DNA of 63,817 nt, filler included, from Reticulomyxa filosa (lineage: Eukaryota > Protista > Foraminifera): assembly GCA_000512085.1 (NCBI GenBank). It is 13 parts of 13 records of this genome, joined end to end, with 100 filler letters (N's around TTAATTAATTAA, not from the genome) between each part and the next. Parts side by side here need not be neighbours in the genome. Positions count along the whole stretch, not along the records: positions 32,767 to 42,074 come from ASPP01035746.1; positions 42,175 to 45,542 come from ASPP01006038.1; positions 45,643 to 46,967 come from ASPP01008294.1; positions 47,068 to 57,755 come from ASPP01013796.1; 9 more parts are not named here. The stretch is one strand, 5' to 3'. The notes under the pieces are model-generated. The model searched no databases, was not told the DNA's origin, and saw nothing but the letters and a program-made list of their open reading frames with translations. A program made the translations under genes and the position numbers. This document shows, one piece after another, positions 37,883 through 51,138 of this stretch (its first letter is position 1; each line of letters opens with the position of its first letter).

Positions 37883-40071
37883 TTAAAATGATCTATCTCC
37901 TCCTCTTCCTCGTCCACCTCGACCTCCACGTCCTCCACGGCCACCACCGTAGCCTCCATTGCGGCCACCATCGTAGCCACCATCGTAGCCACCACCGTAG
38001 CCTCCGCTGCGGCCACCATCGTAACCTCCACGGCCACCACCGCGACCTCCTCCACGGCCTCCCCCACGACCGCCAAAGTTTCTACCGCTTGACATAGGAT
38101 CATCACCATCTCTGTCGTGCATACGATTGAAACGTGGGGGGGGTTCCGGTAGGCCGAATGATCTTTGATATTTTTAACATAAAATCACAATTGAAAAGTT
38201 AAAAATATGCAAATACACTATTCACTTAACTTGGCTGCTTGTGTTTTGTTTATACCGCTGTTGTTAAACAGAGTATGCGCTCTTTGGTCATACGATTTAA
38301 CAAAAGCTTGGAATGCTTCACTGGCAAGTCTTTGCAGTTCATAGTTAGTGCTTACAACTTCCTCTATTTTTTGTTGTAAGCCATTAAAATCAACATCTTC
38401 AATATCAACACTTTTCAGGTCTAAATTGCAGTCACGTAATAAATCTAAGTACGCCAATTCTGATGGTTGCAAAAAAGTAATTGCCTCTCCTTTCATTCCT
38501 GCTCTGGCAGTTCTTCCTACGCGATGAATGTATTCTTTGGGGTCGATCGGAGGATCAAATTGAACAATCCAGTGCACTGCTGGAAAGTCCAATCCTCGAG
38601 AAGCGACGTTGGTCGCCAACAAAATGCCTGATTTGGCTTCCACAAACTGGAAGAAAGTATTTGTTCTGCGGTCTTGTGACATTGCTCCCTTTTTATTTTT
38701 TGATTTATTTTATTTTTCATTTTATGATTATATTTTACTTTTAAATAAGATCTTAAAAAAAAATAGTTCACATACGTATAATGCCAGCACGTGAATACCA
38801 ATCGCCCGGAGTAATTTTTCATAAAAGAGTGTGCCACTTTTGGTGCTAAAGAAGATCAATATTTTTTCCGTTTTGTGTCGGCGCAGCCATGCCAATAAAG
38901 TTGGCAATTTTTTATCTTGAGCCACGACTGTGTACATTTGGGTCAATTTATCTGCAGTAGCTCCTGCTTCCTCACCTTTCGCTCGAACGAATACAGGTTT
39001 TTTACGGAAGGCCATGGTAACTAAATCTTTCGTCTTTTCTGTCAAAGTAGCACTAAACAATAGTGTTTGTCTCTCATTTGGCAATATCTTTAAAATGGCG
39101 TGCATTTGATGCTCAAAACCAATGTCCAAAAATATGGTCGGCCTCATCAATCACTAGTAATTTAAGTTGATCAAATCGAAACGAAGTGTTCTTTTTTTTT
39201 TTGTCATGATTTATTGTTTTCTTTTTTTTTTTTTTAATTTTGCAATAAATAATTTAAATTAACCTCTAAATGGTCCACCAATCTTCCAGGGGTCGCCACA
39301 ATAATTCCACATCCCATTTTCAGTATTTGTGCCTCAGCATATCTCGATGCCCCACCAATGACAAGCCCAACACGTATTCCTCTGTGAAATTGTGCCATCT
39401 GTTGTGCAACGCCTTTGATTTGGATGGCCAGTTCTCTTGTTGGTGCTATTATGATTGCTCCTGTTCCCTTTTCTCTTGTCCAATTGTCTTTTGCCATCAG
39501 TTCCACTGCCGGAATTACAAAGGACAATGTCTTGCCTGATCCTGTCTTGGCTGCCCCTGCCACATCACTGCCCGCCTAATTTATTTATTGCACAATTTTG
39601 TTGAGCTTTTTAATTATCCAACACATTTTTTTTTCATTTGTTGTAAGCGTGCGGATATTCGCAAAAAATGTACAAATGCTTTCATACCAAAACGTGAGGG
39701 ATTGCTTTGTACTGAATTTCCGTCATTCTTTCAAAGCCCAGCTTGTCAATTGCTTTTCTTGTGTCACTTGAGACTTGCAAATTACTCCATTGTGCCTCTG
39801 CTGGAATTTTTAATTTTTCATCTTCTTCGTCTTGTTCGCTGGTCTCTTCCTTATCTACCTTTTTCCCGTTGGCTTTTTTCTCGTTGCCTTTTTTTTCATT
39901 TTTCTTTGCTTTGCTGCCATTTGTAACTTGTTGCGATTCAGAATTATCTTCATCTTCTTCCTTTTCTTGTTTCACTTTTTTTGCCTTTGGTGCGTTGTCG
40001 TTTTCTGCTATATCTTCCAACTTTCTTTTTTTTGGATTAATCGTTTTCTTTGAGGCGACGTCGACGGACAT
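37883..40071 (-). CDS. HAS1: DEAD-box RNA helicase, HAS1/DDX18-like, with RGG-rich C-terminal tail (probable homopolymer frameshift ~39130)
   Basis: GFERMTEIQ, AAKTGSGKT, APTRELA, ATPGRL, IDEAD, RQTLLFSAT, ASRGLDFP, WIVQFDPP..EYIHRVGRTAR. Basic/acidic N-terminus. Last exon is GGRGG/GGYDGG repeats. Confidence 0.88.
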
Positions 40072-41399
40072 ATTTGTAAAGATATGGAATTTCAATTAGG
40101 GCAAAAAATTGACAGAACGTTTTCTCTTTCCAGGGGTCAGTCGTCAGCGTTTTTTACTTCGTGGCGGTTAAAATTTGTCATTTTTTACAATAAAAAAGAA
40201 AATATTTTAATAATTGTCAAATTAATATTGCTTTCATGATATCATTGTCGATTTAAAAAATTCATTTTAATTATTTACATATTTTCGCCAAAGTGATCTA
40301 ATTAACAGCAAAGGCAGGCGGACGGTCAGGTAAACTAAAGTACATACAAAGAAAACTGGAAAAAACTGACAGTACATAATTGCATCACACACAAAAGTTT
40401 TTTTAAACACAAGTGTAAACGTTTGTTAAATTGATTATTTTTTCTTTACAGTTTGATAGATATATAATAAAAAAAATTTTGTTAAAAAAAAAAGTCATAG
40501 TGTAAAAGTCAGTAAAAAAAATTGAATGTATAACAGGATATAAGATAGTACGACATAGATGAAAGATATTATGTGATTTGTTCTATGTATCTGCAAAATT
40601 ATACAATTTTTTATACTATAAAAATGTTGCTAGTAAAAAAATATCATAGTTTAAAAAAATTATTTCAATCTTTGTATTTGATTCTTCTTTCGACGTAAAC
40701 GTTGTTGAAGACAAAAATCTAATAATCTTTGTATATTCCCTCAAAATTCTTTCGCATATTGTATAATTTCCTTCAAAATACAATGTTTAAAGTTACAACA
40801 AAAGAAAGATTTAACATATTTTTTTTACTTAAAACACAATAAGTTAGCGGTATTTTTATCATTCGAACGATACCTTCATGTATTAACTTTCTGGACACAA
40901 GATATTAATTATCGAAGAAAATGGAGCTTTTGTTCTAATTTTTTATTTAAGCTACTAATTAAATTTTTAAAAAATGATATTAGATAATTGCATAAACAAA
41001 GATAAGTCAAATCTTTAAGTATCATTTCCTCAGATGATTAAATTTCCCAAGTTGTGCATCCAATCTTTAAAAGGTTAATAACTCGATTAACTTGCACTTA
41101 GTCCCATAACAAAATAAAAATTGAATATTGCCCAAAAAAGATTTGCTTGAATTAACATCTTAAAATTAGTTGTTTACTTGGTTTGACATTTTTTCGTGAA
41201 AAATGAATTAACAAACAGAAATCAATTGAAAAAGTGTGAATTCACTATGTAATTTTTAGAATCAGAATAAGTTTGTGAACAACAAATTTGATTGCTCGTC
41301 AAAATCTGTCAATAAAATAAACTGAGGAAAACATAATGTCAATAAAAACCATTTGCTCAAAAAAAAAAAAGAAGTAGATTATTTTATCCACACCACAAG

Positions 41400-42020
41400 G
41401 AACCTATCACCGCTTCAGTCACGTTTCTTTTGCTTTTTTTTCTATTTTATAGTTGACCATTTAAAAAAAAAATAAAACAAAGTAAAAAAGAAGAGAAAAA
41501 AGGGGAAAAAAAATTAACTTTTCCCAAAGCAGTTCCAACAAGCCAATCATCATCTAACTCTTGTTTAGTTTTTTTGCTTTCACCATTGGCAGTAGTGTCA
41601 TGGGTAGAAGCATCCGAATTATCAGAGACGGACATCACAGATTTGATTTTATTCACTGATTTTTCAAAAATCTCGGTGGTGGTCATTGGGTTTTTTCCTT
41701 TTGCTTGTTGTGTTGGCTATATATAACACAATTAAAAAAAAAAAAAAAAAAAATCAAACAAAGCAATACAAAAGAAATTTGAGAGTGGGTAGATTGAATG
41801 GCCACAGTTGTAATAAAATAAGAGGTGCAGTGGTATGATATTGAACAAGTATTAACTACATAATACAATGCATAGACAGCCCAAGCGACGGCTCCCCAAA
41901 AGGCAACAATCAAAATGAACATAAACAAGAGTTCAAAATCAAAAAACTGTCGAGGATCATAAACCATGATTGTGACATTGACCACTTTTTCAGTGTATTC
42001 TTGTGTGCCTCTTTCCGTCT
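41400..42020 (-). CDS. C-terminal fragment of an unidentified single-pass membrane protein
   Basis: Spliceable exons: VNVTIMVYDPRQFFDFELLFMFILIVAFWGAVAWAVYALYY, then ELDDDWLVGT. Truncated by linker. Confidence 0.45.
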
Positions 42021-43195
42021 GTCATACAAATACATCATATACATATATACATATATACATATATATATATATATNNNNNNNNNNNNNNNNNNNNNNNNNN
42101 NNNNNNNNNNNNNNNNNNTTAATTAATTAANNNNNNNNNNNNNNNNNNNNNNNNNNNNNNNNNNNNNNNNNNNNTAAGATATGTTTTAGGCGTTCAGTTT
42201 TCTTTGCAACCTAATGTATTTTGAAACAATTGAATTAGTAAATATTTAAAAAATTTGAAAAAATGTTGCTTTTTGACTTTGAGACGTCTGCTTCTAACAG
42301 TTCACACTAACTGTAATACGAGAGATTTGCTACTTAAAGAAAGTGTAAATTCAGTGAAACGAAATCAAATTAAATAAGTAAAACGTAAATTTAGAAGAAA
42401 TGAAAGGAAAAAGAAGTAAGTTTTGAAGAAAGTTTAGCCTACTTGTGATTCATCAGTTCCATTTACGTTCAAGTATTTATAGTATGGACTTGTCCTACAT
42501 GACTTAGAAAATCATAATCTTCTAATGTTTACTTTTGATTTAAATCTGACTGCATGTATTGAAGAACATTTTGTTTTGTGATTATGTGAATAATAGCAGA
42601 ATTTTTATCATTTGTGGTTTTTTGGCCTTTCTGAACATCGTGAATGCTTTTCCAGTCTTTCCATTAATCTGGTAGACGTTTAAAAACATTGAATGGCTTT
42701 TTGATTATTCTGTTCATTTAGTGACTTTTCAGCTGTTTCTATGCGTGTGAATCATTTTCTTTTATTGCTATTTATAAATATTATTTTTTATGTTTTTACA
42801 AGTTAAGATTACTTTCTTTACTTGTCGAATATTTCTTTGTTTATGGTTGCGTATAATGCATACTTTGTGTTCTTATTTCCGTTTGGACGTAATGCAGTTC
42901 TGACTGCTGGACTGCGCTTATCTTTTTTAACACGCTAAACATGTACATGTAACTTGATGTGAGATTTTTTATTTTTCGAAGTCGAAACGAACTACCAAAC
43001 ATCTTTAAAAATTTGCTATACAGTCCTTTGTAACGAAAGTTTGTAAATCTTAGTGTTGAGTTGTAAAGGAAAAAAATGATGAATGAGTGAGATTTTTTTA
43101 TTTATCACGAAAATTTTTAATTTTAATCGTCCAACTTTACTTAAGAAATATCAATAAACAGGATATATTATATTAAGTGCATGAATTAAACGTTT

Positions 43196-44340
43196 TTAAT
43201 TTACAACAAAAGTACGAATTTGTCGAGGTGACAAAGTGACAACAGTGCCGTTACTGGGAGTTGGAGCCTTTCCCACAGGTTTAGTTTGTCCATTTTCATC
43301 CACAATAATCCATTGCAATTTTTTTAGATTAGAAAGCGGTAGATTAGCGGTTAATGTCATCTCCGTAACTTCTTCAACAAGCAATACAGCCGGATCAAAC
43401 AGCTGTTCTATATCAATAGTCTCGTCAACACTCCTATTTTGACAATTTTTGTTAATTGACATATGTTTGTTTGATCCCAAAGCTGTAGTTTTTCTCTATT
43501 GCTCTGTGTTTTGTGTACAAACCAACCATTGTAGATTTTCATCTGTTTCAAACATATGCTGCAATTGCAAGATCAAGCCCTTGGATGCGCCCAACCCGCT
43601 GTAAGCATATCTCAAGTCTTGCAAATGAATGTTGTTAGGTAATCCTGACGAGTAATTGCCACCGATCGCGGTCCAATTCAGGCCATATTGATTGGTCCAG
43701 TCACTAATTGAGGGACTCAATGCATAAAACTTGGTTGCCCCGTAATGTTGTCTTTGAAACAACCGTCTTGATGAATACGACACTTGTTCACTCACATCAT
43801 AGACAACAAATATTCGTGGCTCAATATGTGTAGTTTCATTCTATTTCATACATATAAATATACACGTATATATGTTTATAACAGAAACATTATTATTATC
43901 AAACAAATATTAACTGCTTTACAAAGTTAGTGTAAGTGGCCAGAGAAAGTGAAAGAGCAAAAATATATATACATGTACATATATGTACATATATAAAATG
44001 AACGTACCAGTACTTCGTCAACCCCTTTGTGATCATCACTCAAACATCTACGATGCAACATCAGTTCAATTTCTCCATTGACCAAAGAGGATACCCCATG
44101 AGCTTGATTGACGATAGTGGCGAAGCGATATTTATCTGTGGAATCACAAAGATACGCCTGAGAGGCAGTGGGATAGTAATTTGCACCAATGCGTTCGTCC
44201 AAATTAGGTTGATAGGTTCGTTCCACATATTCCAAGGCATTTTGGCATGTGTACATAAGGCCATTGCTGTCCAAAGAGGTGCTCCATCGAGTGATAAACT
44301 CTGCTCCTTGATCAATTGGACCCAAGTGAACTTGTACCTT

Positions 44341-44375
<35 letters not shown>

Positions 44376-45542
44376 TGTCTAAATCTTTGGGATATATGAA
44401 TGAACGTAATTAAAACACATTTATTCATTGTGATGAGAAAAAAACAAATAAACAAACGAAACGTCAACGTATTTGAGATCATCAATATCCACATTGAATA
44501 CACGATAGGTTTGAGAGTAATTAGCTTGCCACACTTGTTGCGCTTCGCTAACCAATGGTCCTTCCACGAATGTGACGTCGACAGGAGGATGGACGTGTTG
44601 ATAGAGGATGGTCCTTTCGAAGGCCAAGTAGGTCACTTGATAGGTTACGCTGGTTGCAAATGAGCTGACAGGATATATGTTCAGTCCAAATCCCTTCTTT
44701 CCATTGAACACACTCGTGGTCGCCACGTTGTATACCTTCGTGGTCGTGTTTAGACGCGGACTCACCTGTTGCAATGAATACAGCACCACCGGCTCATTCA
44801 CCACAAAGTCATTCGCATTGTCGAATGTAAAATTCACTTTCACGACTTTGTTTGTATGTGCCGGGACGGTCACTGTGACTTTGCCATTGACAAATAGTTC
44901 TTTCGTGTCCATAGTGTTCATTATGCATTCATTTTAATGCACACACATACAAACATACAATTTTATTTTTGTCATTTTTTTTTTTTTTAAAAATTAAACA
45001 TTTACTTTTGCTCCAACACATTCATTATACGCACATGCAAAAGCTAAGAGACATACCGGTATTACTGGTTTGATTTGAGTTCCATGCAAACCAATCCAAA
45101 AACACATCCTCATTCCAACTAGCAGCGATATCGACTCGAGAAACAGACACTGTGGCTCCATTGCTATCAATCGATGTTATTATGCTGACATAACTTGCGC
45201 CAGAGCAGCAATTGCTGCCACGTACAGACACAATCAGCGACGGGGGTTCCTCATATGTCCCTTTTGGAAACTTGACATTTACTTCTTTGCTTTGGGACGA
45301 GGCTGCCTTTACTGCCACGGTTCCATACTTTCAAATTCCAAAACAAATATATATATGTGTATACGTACAATATTTGCCAAGTAAGCAAAACTGTACTGTT
45401 CTTAAAGGTATCCATATATGTACATATATGTACATATATATATATATTTTTTTTTTTTTGACATAAAATAAAAAATAAAAAAAAAAAAAAAGATACGCAA
45501 CAGTGGATTGAGCAGGACGAAAATGGACTGATTGTTGACTTG
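43196..45542 (-). CDS. GH38 lysosomal-type alpha-mannosidase, C-terminal part, with two inserted H-type-lectin-like domains
   Basis: VEGPLVSEAQQ, GPIDQGAEFITRW, RIGANYYP, GVSSLVNGEIELMLHRR..DDHKGVDEVL, LPNNIHL, LQLQHMFE, EMTLTAN and terminal LSPRQIRTF. Confidence 0.9.
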
Positions 45543-45757
45543 NNNNNNNNNNNNNNNNNNNNNNNNNNNNNNNNNNNNNNNNNNNNTTAATTAATTAANN
45601 NNNNNNNNNNNNNNNNNNNNNNNNNNNNNNNNNNNNNNNNNNAAAAAAAATATATATATATATATATATGTATATACATATATATATGTAATATACATAT
45701 ATATATGTAATATATTTATTTATTTATTTATTGCTTTTTTTGCTTGTAATTAAAAAG

Positions 45758-46945
45758 AACTACGACTACAAGACCAAAAGATTGCTGCTGCCGACACGAA
45801 GGCCACAAAACAGAATGCCTTTGTCCATATTGTAAGACGGTTCGATGCTGCAGCACGCATCATTTAAAAAACTGCCCAGGCTACCAAAAGATGTCGTGCT
45901 GTCAACCCAATGCCCCACACGAACACAGCAAGAAGTTCCTACTTCTTGGCGAGGACGACCACAAGAAAAAAGTCTTGCACGACTTACCAATCGCCGATGG
46001 GGATGAACCCATCCATCCTATTCTGCACGAAGTGCCCACCAATTTCGGCAATCGCACGTACGACAGTATGATGAAAGTGCTGGGACGTCAAGACGACGTG
46101 CGCAACCTGGTGCAGCTGCTGCATCCTGATGGGTTCAAATCGCAAGACGTGGTGGTGTTGTGTGCTCCCAAGTACGTGGGGTGCACCACGGTCGGACAAA
46201 GCGTGGCCAAGTTCTTCACCAGACCATGGTATACGCCACTCTTCCCAGGAGGGGTTTGGTGGGTCGATCTCATCCCTTTGATCGACTCCGATCGACTGTT
46301 TGGATTTATTGCAGATCGAATGGGCATGGATATCGATCGAGGACGCTTTCAGTATCGTGACACGAAGACTAATCGAATGATGGATTATCCCAAAGAAATA
46401 CACGACCAAATCTGCGCCGAACAATACGAAGAAGCCCCTTCTGTCATTCATTACGTCGATGAACAAGACCAGGATCGTTATATCCTCTTCCGCGCTCATA
46501 AAAATCAAGAAAAGACTTTGACGGCCACTTTGGACAAGGAAATCTATGCCAAAGTGCATACCTTGTTCAAATGCTCACTAAACGAGTTTCCAAAGGAAGT
46601 TTGGAAAGATCGCAATGATGGGTCCGTCCAAACGCGCAGAATCATCTTCAAACCCATGGACGAACAGTCCATCTTGGCGCAAATCAAACAAAAGTGCCGT
46701 GGCGCCACTCTGTTCATTTTGGATCATTTGGAATATAAAGAAGATCAATTGCGGAGGTTTTTGACCACACTCAATCTTTTGTCCAGCGAGATACCAAGAG
46801 TGAGGGTCCTTTTGATCTGCCACAGTACTGTGTACAAAGAAATTGAAGAGTTTGATCGCTTAAAAAACCAATGGCAAATTGATTGTCGTCCTTATCGGCT
46901 GAGAACCATTACCAAGACTAATGCTTGCCAATTGCTTAGAATCAG
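45758..46945 (+). CDS. Cys/His-rich module plus STAND/NB-ARC-like NTPase domain (internal exon, both ends truncated)
   Basis: The frame extends upstream as DCCCRHEGHKTECLCPYCKTVRCCSTHH..CC..HEH. It continues VLGRQDDVRNL, VVVLCAPKYVGCTT (Walker A position), FPGGVWWVDL, TLFILDHLE (Walker B) and RVLLICH (sensor I position). Confidence 0.65.
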
Positions 46946-47272
46946 GTCTTTTTTTTTCTTCCCCCCCNNNNNNNNNNNNNNNNNNNNNNNNNNNNNNNNN
47001 NNNNNNNNNNNTTAATTAATTAANNNNNNNNNNNNNNNNNNNNNNNNNNNNNNNNNNNNNNNNNNNNAAACGATTGTTTTACAGAGCCACATTTAGCGTG
47101 TTCCCATGTTATAAACATTTCGTCCAAAAAGCGCTCCTTTTTTTTAATTAAAAAAATTTGATTGCGAATCTATATTTTGAATATCTGAAAAATAAATTTT
47201 AAACCAATAAACAAAAAAACAAACAATGCGTTTTTTATCCGGACGCTTTGTACACTTTCTTTTTTTACACGT

Positions 47273-47893
47273 TCACGTTTTGATGGTACGAGGACCAAAC
47301 AACATAGCAAGGAAAATTCCGAGCAACTCCTTTGGGAGTTGATTTCCTAATTTACTCTCTTCAATCGACTTTCTAACATCCAATAGTTTAATAACCAAAG
47401 TTCTTTTTCCTTCATCCAATAAATCACTCATTATGGATTTAGTTATTTCTTTCCCATCCACATATTGTGCAAATTGAGACGGGCAGCTCATTATCATGGC
47501 TTCTGCCTCCTTGTCAGTCAAAGCACTCCCCAAACAATAAGTGAATACAATTTTTACTACTCCTAGTCTCCCTGTTGCCATTGCTGATCGCAAGTGTTCT
47601 TTAATTATCGTCTTGAAGGCTGTTCGCGAGAATCTTTCTGAACAAAATAAGTCTTGTAAACAATAGAACTCAATTATTTCATAGTTACCATCTGCTCGGG
47701 GTTCCAACAGACGAAACAGCTCCCTATCGCCCAAAGGATCCTGTTTTGAGTAGTATAACTCTTCGTAATGGTCGATATCCACTGGGCGATGATCTTGATT
47801 AGAAGGGAGATCAAACAAGTTCGTTGGCTTGTATAATAGGACGGTTTTCTTTGGTTGGGTCATCCATTTTTCCTTTGATTTGTTATTTCCCAT
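47273..47893 (-). CDS. Hypothetical ~206-aa protein with possible N-myristoylation start
   Basis: Intronless ORF from MGNNKSKEK with normal globular composition, ending in LPKELLGIFLAML. No family recognised. Confidence 0.6.
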   Translation of the reverse strand: MGNNKSKEKWMTQPKKTVLLYKPTNLFDLPSNQDHRPVDIDHYEELYYSKQDPLGDRELFRLLEPRADGNYEIIEFYCLQDLFCSERFSRTAFKTIIKEHLRSAMATGRLGVVKIVFTYCLGSALTDKEAEAMIMSCPSQFAQYVDGKEITKSIMSDLLDEGKRTLVIKLLDVRKSIEESKLGNQLPKELLGIFLAMLFGPRTIKT

Positions 47894-49451
47894 TCTAGAA
47901 TTTTTAAAAAAAATTAGAAGGACGCTTTCCACTTGTTGGACAACTTACCATCCTAAGTTTAAAATTAATTCAAAGCAATTAATGTTGTGCCGAAAACGGC
48001 TATTTTTCCAAATATGTTGTGTTTCATGAATTCCACATGTGATGTTAAACTGTTTTTTCATTACTTTTGCTGCCTCATAAACAATTGTTATTGTTTTCTT
48101 AAATAAATTTTGTAGATAAGTTTTTAACTACAAATGCGATAAATAATATTGTTTAAAAAAAATTTATAAAACGTGTCATACACGTACTTATTTTTGGATA
48201 GCAATAGTGTATATATAAATTCAAATTTAGCAACAACACTTTTCACACAATCATAAACTAAAGTCAGTGACTTCGTTTTTATATATTTTTTTTAAATTTA
48301 ATATAACGACTTTGTAAATAAAAAATCAAGTACTTGCATGACAATTCTTTTTTTGGAAATTTTATAATGAATAAACGTAAATGCGTCGGAATTTCACAAA
48401 AGTATCTCTAAATAAAGATCTTTTCTTGGAAATGTGTCTGATTTTAAAAAATTGAAGCTTTTATTGAATTGTGTTGTTTAAAATTTTCAGCCGAAATAAA
48501 TTTTTACATTTCATAAATCGAAAATCTCTAGATGATCTTGCTATGCATGCAAGAAAAATAATGTTTGCAATTGTTACTATGCTTTTTGTGATATTGCCAA
48601 TAAATATAGTCACTGGTCCATCTGCAGAATAAGACAAAACAAAACGAAAACTCGATATAAATCGATCATTGACTAGAATTTGATCTTGTGTATTAGTTGG
48701 TTGAAAAAACAGTTTTGGTCAGATTTTCATTTAAATGTAACATTCGTTGTATCAAGACTATTCAAACAAGCGCAAAATTCAAGTTTGTTTCTTTTGCTAT
48801 TAAAATTTCATTTTATTAATATCTTTCGATTAAGAAATATATAACATTGAATTATTCTATAACAACTGCAGCTCGCCCAGTTTTCATTGTGAGTTGTATG
48901 TGAGAGTGTAGGCTATGTCTATTTAAAGATTTGAATGTCTCCACTTTCCACAACTAACTATGCAAATGTTTTTAAAAACTTTATGACGGAAAAAGCATGC
49001 CTTTTTAAAGTTAACGCATACAAATATTAGTCCATAAAAAAAAAAACTCTGTTGCATTTGAGAGAAGATTTATGAAAGTTGTTAATACCATTTCATATGT
49101 TTTGTTGTAAATTTGAAAAAGCTTATATTAATTGCAACATAAAAGTATAATTAAATTATTCATCATAAGCGTATTGCACAATCATATAACAAACATGTGA
49201 AATATTCATCAGGCGTTGTGCATCTAAAATGCAAAACAAACTCAATAATGTGTTTAAAAAACTCATCAAAAATTCTTCTCTTGATAAAAATAATATGGAC
49301 AAAATTTAAAAAAATAACTTTGGCTCTTTTTTTTTTTTTTTATTAACGTAACTACAAATCAAAAAAAAGATTGAAGGAAGCCACAAACTAAGTGCATCCT
49401 ATTTGAACTATATTTTAAAAAAAAACTTTAGAAAAATAGATAAAAAGCATT

Positions 49452-50733
49452 TCAAACATCAAAAAATTGTTTGATAACATTAAGTAATCTCTGGTCTGTA
49501 ATTATACCATTATTCATAGCCGACAAGAGTTCGAAAAGGGCATCACATACGCTCGTGTTATCAATATGTTCCAAAATTTTGACTAACCAGGGCTCATCTT
49601 TTCTGCACAGCTCCAAAGTTTGGCTGATCAGTAATCCGGTGGTATACGTACACTTGGTTTTCCACTTGCATGAATACTTAATGGACAGCTCGATTAAAGT
49701 TTTGGCTAAGCCAATAGAAAGATACTTAAGCGTGATATCAAGACATTTTTTGATATAAAAATTAATATTTTGATGTTCTTGTGGCATTGCCAAAAAGCGT
49801 TTGTCATCAGTCAATCCCCATTCAATAATGGACAACAATATTGGAAATGCCACTTCTGTCCACATCACTTGATATGATTCGGTCATTATAACTCCCGACA
49901 TCACATCAACAACGGCCTGCATGATACCTGGGTCGGCCCACAAACTTGTATCGTCTTTTTCCGATATCAATTTCCAAAGGAATCGCAATTTCCACCCTTT
50001 CAGGTCCACTGCTCTTCTTGCATTCATCTCTTGCTTGAATACTTCCAAAATAACTTCGCTGCGAATAAACATTCGAGTAAATCCCCATCGTCGGTTTTGA
50101 ATGGCATTCACTAACAGCGTCTTTTCTTTTTCTGCGCTTATTCTACGATCTTGCTCCAGAAATTTCGTTGCTGCAGATGCTAACCCTTTTTTTTGTTTGA
50201 GGATTTGATGTAATTTTTTTAAAAAAAAGAGGAGTGAAATAGAGCCACAGAGGGAAATAACGTATACCTAAGTGAGCAACACTATCTGGATGTTGCCAAT
50301 TTTTGCATACGAGCCAAGGAATGGTGGGAATACAGTCACACATGAATGTAAGAAAGATGTTTTCGTCGATTTTGTAGCTTAGGAAATCTGCGCAGGCCAC
50401 TATTGAGGGTAGATTGTTGTAATGCACTTCGCGCGTATTAATGCTTCCTTGCTCGATGATTTGCTCAATCAATACGATCATATCTTGCATTTGAAAGTTG
50501 CTGGCTTTCAGTATACAATCTTCCCCGAAATCCCATCGCTCCGAAAACCGGGCTTGAAAATAGTCCACTTTCTTCAAACTCTCAATTTGGAACATGTGGC
50601 TCTCCTCTTTTTCCAGCGAAAGCACTTTGATCATTTTTCGTAACTTGTCGTCTTTTGCTGTGAAGAGAAAATCATGAAGCAGAAAATAAAATTAATATAC
50701 AGACAAACAAGAAAATGATGCCTCACCTGCCAT
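49452..50733 (-). CDS. BTB/POZ-like domain protein (3 exons)
   Basis: ATG GCA G|gt..ag joins to LKKVDYFQARFSERW..IVACADFL (BTB-like), followed by a helical C-terminal exon 49452-50120. Confidence 0.6.
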
Positions 50734-51138
50734 TAGGATTACCAAGTATGAATAGACACAGAGCCTTTGTCTTTTTTTGTTGAAAATATTTCTGCCTTGT
50801 CTGGGGTCTGTCAAGTTCAACGTGTTTCATTAATAAGCGATGATATGATTTGTATTTGTGAAAACTGTAAAGTTTCATTTAAAAGGTGTTAGCTGTACGC
50901 TTCATTACAACTGAAAAAGAAAATATTTGAAAAGATTACAACTTGTATTATAATGAAGTTTATATTGAAAATATTTATTTAAAATGAGTTTGAAAATAAG
51001 ACAAACCAGTCAAATTATTGCACACTAAGATAACCTGTTCAAAAAAAAGTTGGACAAATGAAATCGCTGTTTTCCAAATATCCACAAGATTGAGTACATT
51101 GTGTGAAGTTTTACGAAGCCATTTATATAATCGTCATC

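Noticed and set aside
40141-40150. TCGTCAGC motif (also ~53758, and reversed at ~1496 and ~16780) as a second promoter element
   Set aside because: Two of the four occurrences are not near an identifiable start codon, so support is too weak without a genome-wide count.
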